Shown one piece after another: positions 38,701-53,275 of a DNA stretch of 64,000 nt. The translations under genes were made by a program, and so were the position numbers. The first letter of the stretch is position 1. Each line of letters begins with the position of its first letter. The notes under the pieces are model-generated. The model did no database searches, was not told the origin of the DNA, and saw only the letters and a program-made list of their open reading frames with translations. The DNA is from Flaccisagitta enflata (lineage: Eukaryota). The DNA is taken from contig OZ231126.1 in the NCBI GenBank assembly GCA_965153355.1, positions 18,848,001 to 18,912,000 of the forward strand, given 5' to 3'.

Positions 38701-39955
38701 GTGACAGACCAACCGACCGACCAACACGGCAAAGTGTAGAGTCGCGTGTCCTCAATTGAGAGGACTTATAAGTACCATGCTTCAGCTGGACTCAAGAGTC
38801 CCATCGCCAGAGGTGCACCTGAGTCCAATAAGTCTCAGCTACTACGACACCGGAAAATTTCATGACAACAAATTCCGTTGGTGAGAAATGTTTTTAGATA
38901 CAAAATCATCAGTATAAATCTGATGTAGGGGGCTACAAAAAAACACAGAACGACGTTGATAACAAACTAATGTTAAAAAAATTTCCTTCTTTTATTTAAC
39001 AATGAATTAGGATTTACTGCAAGATATGGTTCTAAATCAAGTTGACTGTGGATTAGACCAGCAAAATTGATATGGAGCAAAAATCGTGATACTGCAATAT
39101 GCAAATTATCCTAAAGCAGACTTCAATTGCTTTTCTTCCATCATCCTTTATCCCTTTCTCATTTCGTCCTCTTCTTCTCCCTATTCCTCTTCCTGTTCTT
39201 CTCTATCTTCTTCTTTTTCTTCTTCTTCTTCTTGCGGGACCTGCCGATATCTTCTTTACCCTGCCGACAAGCGGCGCTGCTCGCTGCTCCAGAATCAAGA
39301 GGCCTGATTATCATTTGGACAGGAGCTGTAAGGCCAAAGACCGCAAAAAAAAAAAAAAAAAAAAACGAAAAAAAGTAATGTGTGAGCGACGGACGGGCCG
39401 ACGGTTAAGCAACAAGGCCGGATACACGGCCAATACCAGTCGCGGACGGGTGGGCAGGGGCGTAAATGCGCGTTTTCACAATTTCTCAACTCGATCACCC
39501 CTACGGACCGACCGACCGACCAACCGACCGACCGACCGACGGACAAAGCCTATTATAGAGTCGCTAGTCCGCGACTAAAAAAAAGGCCAAGTAGGTTCAA
39601 TAAGGTGCGACGTGTGGATCGTCAAAGGAATGCGTTACCGACCGACCAACCAACCAACGGACACAGCCAGTTATAGAGGTGCTTTGTCGCACCTAAAAAG
39701 CACAATGAATCTTTGGCGCGCGATATTTTTTTAGATTACGATCATTCTTTTGATGATCCATTCATAGCATTACTCGATTGCTCGTTTGATAGGCTACGTT
39801 TTCATTTCCGTTTCAGAGCGGCATATGACCATTTCCAATCCGATGGTAAAGAAGCCAATGAAAATTGCGACAAAATGGAAGAACAATCTGCCACTTCAGG
39901 GGATGACGTCATCTTCACAGTTTCCTCTGGTAGTGGAAGTGGTGGGAATCATTAA
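26730..39955 (+). CDS. Secreted C-type lectin (QPD motif), copy 3, ~241 aa if spliced like its paralogs; possibly inactivated
   Basis: Exons 26730-26811, 26997-27180, 27705-27934, 38155-38245 and 39817-39955 are in frame (726 nt). The intron-1 acceptor reads CAT instead of CAG (26994-96), and the BEL element lies in intron 3. Confidence 0.75.
29191..29728 (-). repeat. 3' LTR of the BEL element
   Basis: Direct repeat of 37215-37752. On the - strand, TATAAAA lies near 29375-29381 and AATAAA near 29267-29272. Confidence 0.95.
30885..35609 (-). CDS. pol: BEL/Pao polyprotein: Gag zinc knuckles, aspartic protease, RT, RNase H, integrase
   Basis: Three knuckles (CAKCNQMHNLYDC, CFKCCNSRTHSSKGC, CSCGVNYHHSLIC); protease AMLDKGSD; RT YVDD; Pao-type RNase H FSDAS...ELVG...WTDS; integrase H..GH...C..C, GVDFCGP, SDNGTNF, GGMWERLV; C-terminal FWRRWRREY. 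Confidence 0.95.
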   Translation of the reverse strand, partial: KVKTEKASIAAGEIGDSSSSSSVKGNEDTQKRKGRAPCAKCNQMHNLYDCIEFKKMPALERRKFCYDQRVCFKCCNSRTHSSKGCPMQVTCSCGVNYHHSLICLDKDGKEKFREFVAERKDEGEKEKFKKSIEDAAKGKESTSSVAAIKTEVAAETNEAIQVQESQVFNASAKNSSKKVFRPVVALKIFNPKSGESRDVLAMLDKGSDSSCIIKRTASEMDIDCEPCNIEFNTVLKSAERVQSEFCSVELKSLFSDYSVAANAVVVDRIPMDIDSVPRQADVSCYPHLTDVKIHELSPMPKEVELLLGSDLAFTMLPEDGSVRRSTEDKPSAYCSYWGWSIAGPTCHEARANKFSVAFTTFDNARLNKKMNLVFESEKMESFEDVFGGPILPKQKTTLQQQDEGCLGEPSTPTAKSHQRQQSEKHSIEDMKALKIMQDSVKLVDGQYQVDAVFNKPHEEVVEEMKEIPTAATAYRRLIRLGDKLANNPAEWEMVKTHVNLLVEKGYAEEVGEYPKDVNNVPDDQPCFYIPLHPTQDKRKPEKRRITHDCAARTLKRCLNDFFYKGPDLAAPLLHLLLRFRQHPWTLMGDIGDFFMRVKLPEKHRNAFRFLFWEGDPGSIIKILRMAAHLFGAKPSSSVATFALQQCARDNAADFSPEAILALLEDMYVDDFVESIEEEEEGLKLMEEVTQICSRGGFHISKWLSNSKKIMDAIPKEKVAKSVKKFRASREEDAKLIDHALGMRYEVEEDVFSTEVAEKYLKNPPTTRRQVLGLVHSIYDPLGLKSPFTLIAKRELQRFGQLKLGWDDPIPIGEMTVFNDWFLSVPTLVNRKVPRWIGCHSLAKNAKRRFLFFSDASKVGISASCYVRFVDDLNVTHVRLVTAKSHVIPGNEKTSCLHGSTPRAELVGVVKARDMALTISEAFKEPMESFTFWTDSSTVIRQIVNPRLKLETFVRNRVAKILDVISPTQVRFVPGEINPADIGSRGIKSNDEENWNIFQNGPSFLLLPPEQWPVCPFGIDEDDEEEEEEEKEENVEATIAASTLNANPNPFVLKLAQYCSSWNKLVQRINILRRFSLYLKKKSEKATTAAIKQEICRPLSASDYRHVNKIIFSAFQKERFAAEFASLKREGKVAKQSKISSLSPYLDDENENLPLLRVGGRIHRRTDGKITSNHPIILPRDHLITPLLILHYHHLFGHVGIQHTRANLRQSVWITQDGAAVRSALRKCLRCRRDEGAVMQQQMAPLPGYRVSASHTFASTGVDFCGPFLIKSRGRAHHKRYVCLFVCAATRAIHCEVTDGLDVHSFINALSRFHARHPGLRHLVSDNGTNFRAGEREIREEVEKWRERINGDFAAKGIQWTFSPPSAPHTGGMWERLVKSFKKVFYALLDKHEVGADAFHTLVVVAEGILNSRPITSVSMDPDDFEALTPNSFLHPGVVATESIQILPPSSELPPRILIQSWRHVRNLVDAFWRRWRREYVTSLQQRRKWTGKRRNVAVGDVVLIAENAPRDEWNLARIIETFPDREGNVRRVRLGTKKKKELERHVNSLVLLEAVDEQLAPGGSKSAKPTSITK
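35610..37166 (-). CDS. gag: BEL Gag N-terminal region (coiled-coil/low-complexity), ending at an in-frame stop
   Basis: 518-aa ORF starting just inside the 5' LTR. It has the BEL-typical PEDSASNVSS..SSRR plus a coiled coil, and is in the same frame as pol but ends in TAA at 35612-35610. Confidence 0.85.
   Translation of the reverse strand: MDINKEDVKRLVEHLELPYFYDQLYESLQLAKSDAADENLQRLVSHHQLATDKCIEADAAKQTALWNAETRYYFNAFVDPIWTLLGESRQFIRKKGQTPTLPVPRPLSPTPVPRSRKSSFTVADYVITKKTGIGVEGGAGVVSAGGGGGGDGGGGGGGGGDKDVVGGGVERSDNIDASTQHPHQQQQQPLDTGAKINGSSLSSRKRNEDDVLPEDSASNVSSTTSSSRRRRKAATEKLKREALKEKHELEREEEEKQKEMDEKKREMEEIRRKKELNECEFEVKKSEVEAANDDEISVIESAVKGGMETIGKGEKKDKALNPSQVSQNPQDSTSQNVLSLPTVHRQATSIELTLPHSALPPPPPPPFHPNPHLPAFQQTGDFKISPPFSTSGVFPSLGSTMTVVTAQSASNPSAAIHPSAAPSLPQVALYPQPTTSAAHQQSSVTFYQSPAASTLPAAAFQRPSAASTLPAAAFQRPSAASTLPAAVFQRPSVASSYSTPAYHLPSAACQQPSVIPHL
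37215..37752 (-). repeat. 5' LTR of the BEL element
   Basis: Direct repeat of 29191-29728. Confidence 0.95.
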
Positions 39956-41035
39956 CCAACAATTGGTCCAACATAGATGGCTTATACCATCTTTTTTTAG
40001 TTGCAAACACGCAATTCTATAAGAGGCTTTGTCCGTCTGTCTGTCTGCCTGTTGGTCTGTGATGATCTAGTCGATTAGTTTGGATAAGTGTGGAAATTTA
40101 TGATGCCGCAGTCATAATTGTCCGTGTGTGTGAGTGAGCTTGGGGTGGGGATGGCATAAATGAGGTTGTATGCCCCTGCCCAATCGTCCGCAACAATATT
40201 TTGACCCCGCGTCACTTGTTCATGGGGGAAACGGTGTGTCCCCATTATTGCGAATTTTGATTCTCTTATTTCTCAAACTAAGAGGTATAAAATCTAAGTG
40301 GCTTGAAATAAACACCAAAAGCATCTTTTGATCGTCTCCTAGATTTGTTTTTATTATCAAAAGCACTTTCATGTGTATCATGTGTTAAAAACTTTACCTC
40401 GACCTCGCTAGTCAGTTCATGAAACCGGTCAGCTAGCAGTATCCCTAATCTCAAATCTCCTTCGACCACCTGCGAAGAGAAGAGGGTTGGCCTTCCGGTG
40501 GTCCTATGTCCCAAGTTCTCCGCCCTGGCCCTTGCTCCTCGCGATGCTCAACCTTACTCCCGCGATGCCTTAGCGATGGCTCCCTGCGGTGCCACCGGTG
40601 AGGTTCTTTTTAGTTGCGGACACGCAACTCTATAAGAGGCTTTGTCCGTCTGTCCGTTGGTCGGTCGGTCGGTCGATTGGTCGGTCCGTCACGCTCGAGT
40701 TGAAAAGTGGGAAAACGCACATTTTTTCCGCCCCTGCCCACCCGTCCGCAACTGGTGGCCGTGTATCCGGCCTTGTTAGTAGCGTTTTGCGCGAAACTGT
40801 ACACGAAATTTCAGCCCGTCGGTTGGTCAATTTGCTTTGTAAGGAGAAAAACATCATTTTACAAGTCTTCCAGTGTCAGAGAGAGATAAAAAGAATGAGA
40901 AACTGTGGAATAGTGATAAAGATTAACAAAAACTGCTTGAAAAATAGTTTGGAATTATCAAAAGTGGATTGGTACAAACAACGTTAAAAACGTTTGTTTA
41001 AAACCATTTTAGTCTCGCACTCGGTGCTGGCCTTG

Positions 41036-42308
41036 TTTTTAGTCGCGTGCACGCGACTCTACACTTTGCCGTGTCGGTCGGTAGGTCGGTCGGTAGGTCC
41101 GTCGGTCCGTCACATTTTTGAAATTATGACTTTTTAAGGTTTTTTAAGGTAATATAAGGTACTATAGGGTATTTTAGGGTACTTTAGGGTACTTTAGGGT
41201 ACTTAAGTTATTCTAGGTACTTCGGGTACTTTATACTTTCAGGTATTTTTGGGTACTTATAGGTACTTTTGATGATTTTTGATTAATTTTGGGTACTTTA
41301 GGGTGCTTTAGGGTACTTTAGGGTACTTAAGTTATTCTAGGTACTTAAGGTACTTTAGGGTACTTTCAGGTATTTTTGGGTACTTAAAGGTACTTTTGAT
41401 GATTTTTGATTAATTTTGGGTATTTTAGGGTATTTTCGGGTATATTTGGGTATTTTTGGGTATTTTTAGGTATTTTTGGATATTTTATGGTATTTTTGTG
41501 TATTTTTGTGTATTTTTGAGCATTTTTGGGTATTTTTGACACAAGAAATGGTTACTTTAGATATTTTTAGGTATTTTTTGGTATTTTTTTTAATGTAATG
41601 ATGTATTGATATTTTAAAAACATTTTGGGACACTATTGAACATTGCGGAACATTTTGGAGCATTGTGGAACATTTTGGAGCATTATGGAACATTGTGGAA
41701 CATTTTGGAACATTGTGGAGCATTGTGGAAATTGCGTTGTGGAAATTGCGTTGTGGAAACTGTGTTGTGGAAATTGCGTTGTGGAATGTAAGATAGGAAA
41801 GAAAGGAGGGAGGAAGGAAGAAAGGAAACAGCAGTATGTATGTATGTATGTAAGTATGTAAGTATGTATGTAAGTGTGTAAGGAAGTAAGTAAGTATGTA
41901 AGTATGTAAGTAAGTATGTATGTAAGTATGTAAGTATGTAAGTATGTAGTATGTATGTGAGTATGGAAGTAATTATGTAAGTACGTATGTATGTAAGTAT
42001 GTAAGTATGTAAGTATGTATGTAATTATGTACGTAAGTATGTAAGTAAGTATGTAAGTATGTAGTATGTAGTTTGTTAAGTATGAACTTATGTAAGTATG
42101 TAAGTATTTAAGTATGTATGTATGTAAGTATGTATGTATGTATGTATGTAAGTATGTATGTATGTATGTATGTAAGTATGTAAGTATGTAAGTATGTAAG
42201 TACGTAAGTATGTAAGTATGTAAGTAAGTATGTAAGTATGTAAGTATGTATGTAAGTATGTAAATATGTAAGTATGTAAGAAGGTAAGTATGTAAGTATG
42301 TATGTATG

Positions 42309-42339
<31 letters not shown>

Positions 42340-42392
42340 CTATGTAAGTATGTAAGTAAGCAAGTATGTATGTATGTAAGTAAGTACGTATG

Positions 42393-42423
<31 letters not shown>

Positions 42424-42834
42424 GTATGTATGTATGTATGTATGTACGTATGTTTGTAAGTATGTATGTTAGTATGTAAGTATGCAAGTATGTAAGTAAG
42501 TAAGTAAGTATGTAAGTATGTAAGTATGTAAGTAAGTAAATATGTAAGTATGTATGTAAGTATGTAAGTAAGTATGTAAGTATGTATGTAAGTATGTAAG
42601 TATGTATGTAAGTATGTAAGTAAATATGTAAGTAAATATGTAAGTATGTAAGTATGTAATTATGTAAGTATGTAAGTGTGTAAGTATGTATGTAAGTATG
42701 TAAGTATGTAAGTATGTAGTAAGTAAGTATGTAGTATGTTAAGTATGTAGTATGAAGTTACGTAGTTGTGTGTAGTATGAAGTTGTGTAGTTTTTTGTAA
42801 CTTAGCACGCGACTGTTGGCCTGTTGGGCTTGTT
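41036..42834 (+). mobile_element. DINE-1/HINE-like element expanded by internal satellite arrays
   Basis: 5' agtcgcgtgcacgcgact, (CGGT)n, then arrays (GGGTACTTTA)n, (CATTGTGGAA)n and (GTAT/GTAA)n at ~41835-42760, then 3' gcacgcgact, hairpin and gcttgtt. Confidence 0.75.
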
Positions 42835-43452
42835 TCTCCCTCCTCAACGTTTTTCTCCTCGTCGAAGGTTGACAAATGACGAGTCTAGGTCGAAGTTAGT
42901 CTCGAGTGCCGCATAAAGTAGAAAATGACCAGACGCGAGATGATCATTCAAAAGATAAAAGACAGCCCGACAGTGTAATGCGCACACCCCGTTGAAATTG
43001 ATTATCTCAGCTCATCTGTAGCTACAGTGATGAAATCACCATTTCAGCAGGGGCATTGAGCAACAATGTAAAAAAATGTCTTTTTAAACATTATCACCCA
43101 TCAACCAATAGCCACCCAACCAACACTAATTGAGTTCACATTCATGAGACTAATATCATTTGAAGGAAAAGGTATCAACAATATCAAGGTCGGATACATA
43201 TCTACCAAAGTCATGTGCAGGAGGGCTGGGGCAGGCTGACCAAGCGTTTGGGCAGGGGCAGTAACGCAAAAACTGCCTGTTACCGCCAATAAAGTTAATT
43301 GACTACAATTGTTTTGCAACTGGTAGATCCTCATCCCTCAGTGAGTCGGCGGTAATGCTTTTGATGACGGAAAGTACGAGTGACAGGAGCAAACTGGAGA
43401 TTATCCATTGACTTAGTGTCATCACTCGTCATTCCATGATGACCAGTAGTGG

Positions 43453-43523
<71 letters not shown>

Positions 43524-43547
43524 CAGACAGACACAGAACAGCACACA

Positions 43548-43609
<62 letters not shown>

Positions 43610-44095
43610 AACGCGCAGGCGCACGTGGAATTGATTGGATTGATTTGAGCAGAAAAGGTTTTAATAGTCTGAAGGAGCCTTCTATAGATCCGAATCCAGG
43701 GACATAGTGGCTGTAGCTTCCATACAACCATGCTCCCATACTACCAGAAATGTCTTGCAATAATGTCTCGCACTGATCGCAAGTTGCGATTTGATACCAT
43801 GGCAGTCCAAAGCCATTATTTTGCCCTCCTTTATTGAACATACGTATCGGAAACTTCATAAAAGAGGAGACAATAGCTAATGGAAAGATAATGGCTAAAC
43901 TGGAAAACGTCTTGTATTACCCACCAATGTTTTTTCAGTCGCAACCAAAATTGAGGCTCATATTTCAGCAGTGTTATGATTTGTTTTACCATGGCAACCT
44001 CAAATCTCCGCAACGGAGTGTATTGATTTTCCAATGCCCACTGCCCAGTCAAAATCTCATTCGTGGCGTTGTGGCTTTCATCACCGACGGAAGTA

Positions 44096-47000
44096 ATGAT
44101 CACGATATCACCAAGATTGGCGGTCATCTGCAGCGTGGTGTTGATTTACTGTTCAGCGTTTGTCGTCGCCATTGAACATTGGGGTAACAGCACCAACGAA
44201 TTTGCCTTAAAATTATACTGCTTTCGTGTGCTTGAATTCAAGATTTGCCCTTGCGGGAAAAAACAAGTGAACGGTATAGACTTCGCTAACATCACCCTAC
44301 TATCATGTTAAAGCAACTTCTTCCTCAAAGAGTTTTTCAGTTTTCAAATTATTCATATCAATCAACTGTAGAAACAAGATGTTTCACCTCATCAAAACTG
44401 CTATTCGCTAAACAACTGTAAATTTCTATACCTTATCCATGCAATATTTTTCTTATTGTTTCCCTACAAAGAAAATTTCAAACAAGCGGACGATGGAAAT
44501 TTTTATCATCTTCATGATTACAAGAGGAAATGGGAAGACGCAAGAACCATTTGCAAACAAGAGCAGAAAGGATCAAGACTCGCCATCATTGAAGATGAAA
44601 TTTCTCTTGAAGCTATGGAAAAAATTGTTGGCATTCCCGGCAAACAGTGAGAAACCGTTGTAATGAGGTCAAACAGGGCCAAGTCACGTGCGGGTGGGAA
44701 GGGGCAGTGATGTAAAAAGCTAACCAAGCATTTGGGCTGGGGCAGTGCTGCGAAAACCGCTCATGAATACAGTAGATCTCATCTATACTTGAGATAACAG
44801 GGGCAAGCACTGTACGAAAACAAATGAAGCCAGGGGAGTGATATTTTAAACAAAGATTAATAAGGGGGTGCTTTATTGCTCATGATAGCTGGTTGCCATG
44901 GAAACACATTTCCATGTATTCTCGCTAAAGTATCGATATTTTGAGTGATTTTTTTAGGGAACATTGCTTAAAATAAAATTTGCTACAACTTTCCCACAGT
45001 ATGTTCTGTAAGAATGTCGCTCGTTTAGCGGTTGCTAGGGGTTGTCACACATGGATACGCTCCCTAGCAACGGCCAAACAAGCAACATTCTTACAGAACA
45101 TACTGTGGGAAAGTTGTAGCAAATTTTATTTTAAACAATGTTCCCTAAAAAAATCTCTCAAAATATTGATACTTAAGCGAGAATACATAGAAATGTGTTT
45201 CCATGGCAACCAGCTATCATGGGGAATTAAGCATCCTTTGATTAGTTTAGGATCAAAATATCGCTCCCCTGCCTTCATTCGTCTTTCCACAATGCTTGCC
45301 CCCGTTATCTCAAGTCTAGACGAGATCTACTGTACCAAAAAAACAGTGTTATGAACCAACCAATAGACCAACGCGATGGATAGAGGGATGGATGGACGGA
45401 CCAACCGACTGACGGACATAACGGGTTAAAGAGCCGCGATGACGCTATTGAAAAAGACTTTTGAAAAGGCAACTTTATCAGTCACAAAGCAGCGCAGTGC
45501 AAAAAATGTCGAATTTTCCTATTTCGACTTTTCAAGGGTCTTCTTGGGAGCATCGGACATGGAGAGTGAAGGAAAATGGTACTGGATGGATGAAAATGAT
45601 GCAAAGCTGGATGGTTCCTCTATTCAATGGCGCGCTGATATGCCAAGAAGCGAGGAAAAGCAGGACTGTTTGGTGCTGAGTGAACAATCACAACTGATTA
45701 CAGGACAGTGCACTTGGAAGAGAATATTTTTGTGTCAGCGTCAGCAAAGCAGTAAGAAAAGTGCATATGACGCACTGAAATTTAAGTAAGAGGAATTTAC
45801 CCAGAGAACTAAGTTACCATTCATGTTACTATTTTTGCTTAGGTCAATGCTTGTGTTTATTTTTTTGTATTTCAAATTGTAAAATTACATGAGGAAACTC
45901 ATCTGTCACCGGCAAAGAACAAAAATGCAAAAAGATTGAAAAATATTCAAATCTGATGCGATTAAAAAGTGAATAAAATAGTGACAATCATTTCAATAAC
46001 TGCTCACTGAAAATTTTAAATTTGCATAAAAAATCCAAATATCATTAAAATAAGAACATAGCGCCCTCAGTTGATCTGTTAGGAATCGCGCTATGTTTTT
46101 GTTTTCTTGATATTTGGATTTTCTATGCAAATTTAAAATTTTCAATGAGCCATGGTCCCTTGACAAAATGAGTTTTTTGTTGAATTTGGCATATTTTTTC
46201 AGCTGTAAAATAAAGGATTGAAATTTAAAACTGGCATATGCAAGTCAATTCATGCAAAATATGGTTGTTCGTAGTTTTATGAAAATATTAAAACAAAAAT
46301 TTTCATTAAATTTCATTTTATAAATTTCATGACTTATCTAGCTCGGGTAGCAAATTCTATGGTAATTTTCAGTGCGTCATATCGATGATCAGTGTCGCAT
46401 TTTAAAGAAATAACTCACTTATACTAAACACTATAAAATTATACTTACATATATATAAGGTTGAAGAATGAAGATAGCGTCACAGGTTAGCATTATGTTT
46501 TCTGTCTTGTACTCAAACAAATCCGTTCTTACCCACCCATCCACGACTGAAGGGGAGTGTATAGTATACGGCCTTGTTTTTCATGGATGTGGAAAGAGAA
46601 ATACGGTGAGCAGACACATTCTAATTCATGAATGGCGTCGCTTGATAATGTGGTGGTTTTTAGGAGCCTCTTATACTCGCGCTTCTACTGATGCGATTAT
46701 TATTCCAGTACCCGTATCTTCAATTGATCAGCCTGCATATTTTCATCGATTACGCCTCTCAGGACCATGCGGTGGAAATGGCAAAATCAAAACCGGCTTG
46801 TTTGAGAAGAATGGAAACAACAATCGTCAATCGGAGACAGTTGATGTCTTCAGGTACAACAATAAGGTCAAGATGGCCAATATGTGCGCTCGTCATTTTT
46901 CAGAACATGACCAATGGACCGACTAACATGACCACATACCTTTTACGCATATGCAATTGATTATGCATGTTGTACAAAAACAAGCCTGATCGGGCAACGT

Positions 47001-47702
47001 CCTGAATGTTTCTCTGCGGGTATTGACTTTGACGCTAGACATATGAAATATATTAAGGCCCTCAATTTGAGGAACAGATTGACGGGCATACAGATAAAAA
47101 GACAGAGTATCAAAAAAGGCTCTCAAAATGCCCTAATGAAAGTTTGGTTTGCAGCTGAAAAGGGCCGAAAGCTACAATTTTTGAAGAGGTGTAATGGAAC
47201 TAATAATGGATGGACAAGTGGATGGACAAATGGATGGACAAATGGATGGACAAATGGACTCTCTCTCTTATGGAGAATAGAGATGCGAGGACGCTTCGAT
47301 CTAAAAAGTGATTGGTGTTTTGGCACCAAGAATCTATCTCAGCCATTACATCTCTTTTTAGTCGCTTGATAAGCGACTCTACACGCCGCTTTGTCCGTCT
47401 GTTGATTGATCCCCAATTTGCTTTTTCGGCGCTTTTGAGCTTTTTGTGCTCACTGCTTCTCCCCAAATGCCCTAGTGACCTTTTCTATCACTGCTATTGC
47501 CCACCCGCATGTGACTGGGGTAGTAATGTATCCAACCTTGTTCAAGCTAAGGGTACTCAACCAATTTCATTTCCCCATTTACAGAACGGCATATGATCAT
47601 CTTCGCTCTAATGGAAGCCTGCTGAACGAGAATTGCGACAAAATGAATGTGAAATCCACCAAATCGGAAAATGAAGTTGACTTCAGATTGATCATTTCTT
47701 AG
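44096..47702 (+). CDS. Secreted C-type lectin-like protein (non-canonical MPR motif), copy 4, ~228 aa
   Basis: GT-AG exons 44096-44183, 44472-44646, 45537-45751, 46763-46853 and 47585-47702 are in frame (687 nt). Four CTLD cysteines, VFLGASD..EGKWYW, C-terminal PCGGNGK...ENCDK. Confidence 0.88.
44770..45332. mobile_element. Foldback MITE family A, nested in a reversed HINE-like element in intron 2 of copy 4
   Basis: TA|cagtagatctc...gagatctactg|TA, highly similar to 17229-17791. Confidence 0.92.
45768..46379. mobile_element. Non-autonomous TIR/foldback element in intron 3 of copy 4
   Basis: TIRs tgacgcactgaaa / tttcagtgcgtca flanked by TA, plus an internal inverted repeat at ~46002-46150. 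Confidence 0.7.
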
Positions 47703-48620
47703 GAGGGCAAACGCTAATCAGAATTTAACAGCTCTTGATGGGTTTCAGCAGGGGAGAGGGAGGAGGGGACTTTGACATTAATTAAGTAATGAAAATGAAG
47801 AGGAACGACGAATGGGTGAAATAGAAGTCAAATTCCGTATGCGTTTGATTTGTACTTTCAATTTCTTTGATATATGCATCATGAGGTTCAGATCTCATGG
47901 TGGCTGGTTTTTTATCCTTGCTGTTGTCGGTGAGCAAGTCGAGTTAGGCGAAAAAGGGTTAAGCGAAAAAGAGTTAAGCGAAAAAGGGCCGTAAGATAGC
48001 GATAGGGGGTCCGTTTCTTCCTTTCCTCTGTACTACGCTGGTCAAGATCCCTTTCTAAAAGGAGGTTAAAGAAAATTAGTACTTTTTAGTCGCGTGCTAC
48101 GCGACTCTACACCCCGCTTTGTCGGTCCGTCGGTCCGTCCGTCGGTCCGTCCGTCCGTCGGTCCGTCCGTTGGTCCGTCCGTCCGTCGGTCCGGCACACT
48201 CTACTTTCTCGGCGTATGGGTTTTTTTGCTATACCGCTCCTGCCCAAATTCTCCACTGACCTCAAATATGGCCCCTGCCCACCCGCACGCGACTGGGGTA
48301 GCCGTGTATCTGGCCTTTTTTACGAGAAGGAAGATAGTAGCAGGATTTTCTGTTTCATGCCGAAAAAAGATGCAGGGAGGAGAAAATGACAGGCGAAAAA
48401 AGTGAAAACAGTTTTCATAGTATAATTTGCTTTTACCGCGGCAAAAGCAATCAATTATTCCACCAAAATTTCTTCTATCTCATAGCATTTTACATTCTAT
48501 CTTCTACAATCAATGTTCTTGCCATGGCAACAATTGCAACAATTCTTTTCTCAATTACTAAATGGCTCAGTCAGACTTGATTTTGTGACAGATTCCGCAG
48601 TTTCAATCTATTTCTTCATC

Positions 48621-52193
<3,573 letters not shown>

Positions 52194-52298
52194 TGATATG
52201 GGAAAGTAATCACTAGAATGAATGGAATTTTCTATTTTAAACACCTTTCTCTTGAGGCAAGAGAGGATAAGAGAGGATAAGAGAGGATAAGAGGATAA

Positions 52299-53275
52299 TA
52301 ACAATGGCAAAAAAAAACCGGACAGTTACTTCTTTTACTCATAAATCCTTTGAAAATTCACCCAGCGTGCTGAAATTTTTACTGAAGTTACCTTTTAGTA
52401 TCATTAAGCATCACTGAAAAAAATCAATGACCTGCTTCAAATAGTTTGAGAATTATAGATTTTTTAAAAGTGCTTGCCAGATGATCAGAAATTCAATCTG
52501 CACACATAAGAATTTACAAAAAAAGAATAAACAAACTTTAAAAAAACATACTAAATCTAGTCCGATTTTGATGAAATTTGAAGTGGAAGTAGACCACAGC
52601 GTAAGCAGGCTGTGGTAAAAATTTTACTACGAAACTCCATTTATTTTAGCAGAAACGGCAAGTTTTCCTAAACTTTTTTTACGGTTATAAGAATGAAGTA
52701 AATGAAGATGAAATCCAAAATATAAATTGATGCTAAAGCCGTAGTTTTTAACCAATTATCATACTTTTTTAACTGGTGACTTTTGTACATATGGTTCATC
52801 TCCAGTAAAATTTTGGTGAAGATTGAAGCATTTTTAGACCCCCAAATTGCAGAAATATTTCTACAGGTGGCTTAATATTTCTTATCCTGAGCAAGCTTAC
52901 AATCAAGCAATATCTACCCCACTAGACTTTATCTGAGTAGGAGCAAATTTTGCCTGGTATTAGTAAATAACACCATCAGACTACAGTTCAAAAATCATAA
53001 CAAAACTCCCAAAACCTTTTGCACAATGTCAGTTTTACTAAAAATGGAATTATTTTGATGAAGGATAAATGTCATCTCTGGCAGTCAAAAAAAGAGGTGA
53101 CTTCAGTAAAAACGTGATTACGGCTGAAGTATTCAACGGATTTTGATGAAATTTGAACCACACATAGTCCAAATCATGGTTATCATTCACTGTAAATTTT
53201 ATGCAAATTGGTCAACATCTTCATATGTTTTTGCTCTCTCAAAATTTGTCCGGTTTTTTTTTTTTGCCATTGTTA
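52299..53275. mobile_element. Non-autonomous TIR DNA transposon
   Basis: TIRs taacaatggcaaaaaaaaaccggaca / tgtccggttttttttttttgccattgtta. The TSD is ambiguous (TA or GGATAA). Confidence 0.75.

Noticed and set aside
43640-43859. Minus-strand ORF GGQNNGFGLPWYQIATCDQC...
   Set aside because: No recognisable domain or splice partners, and it runs into a microsatellite.
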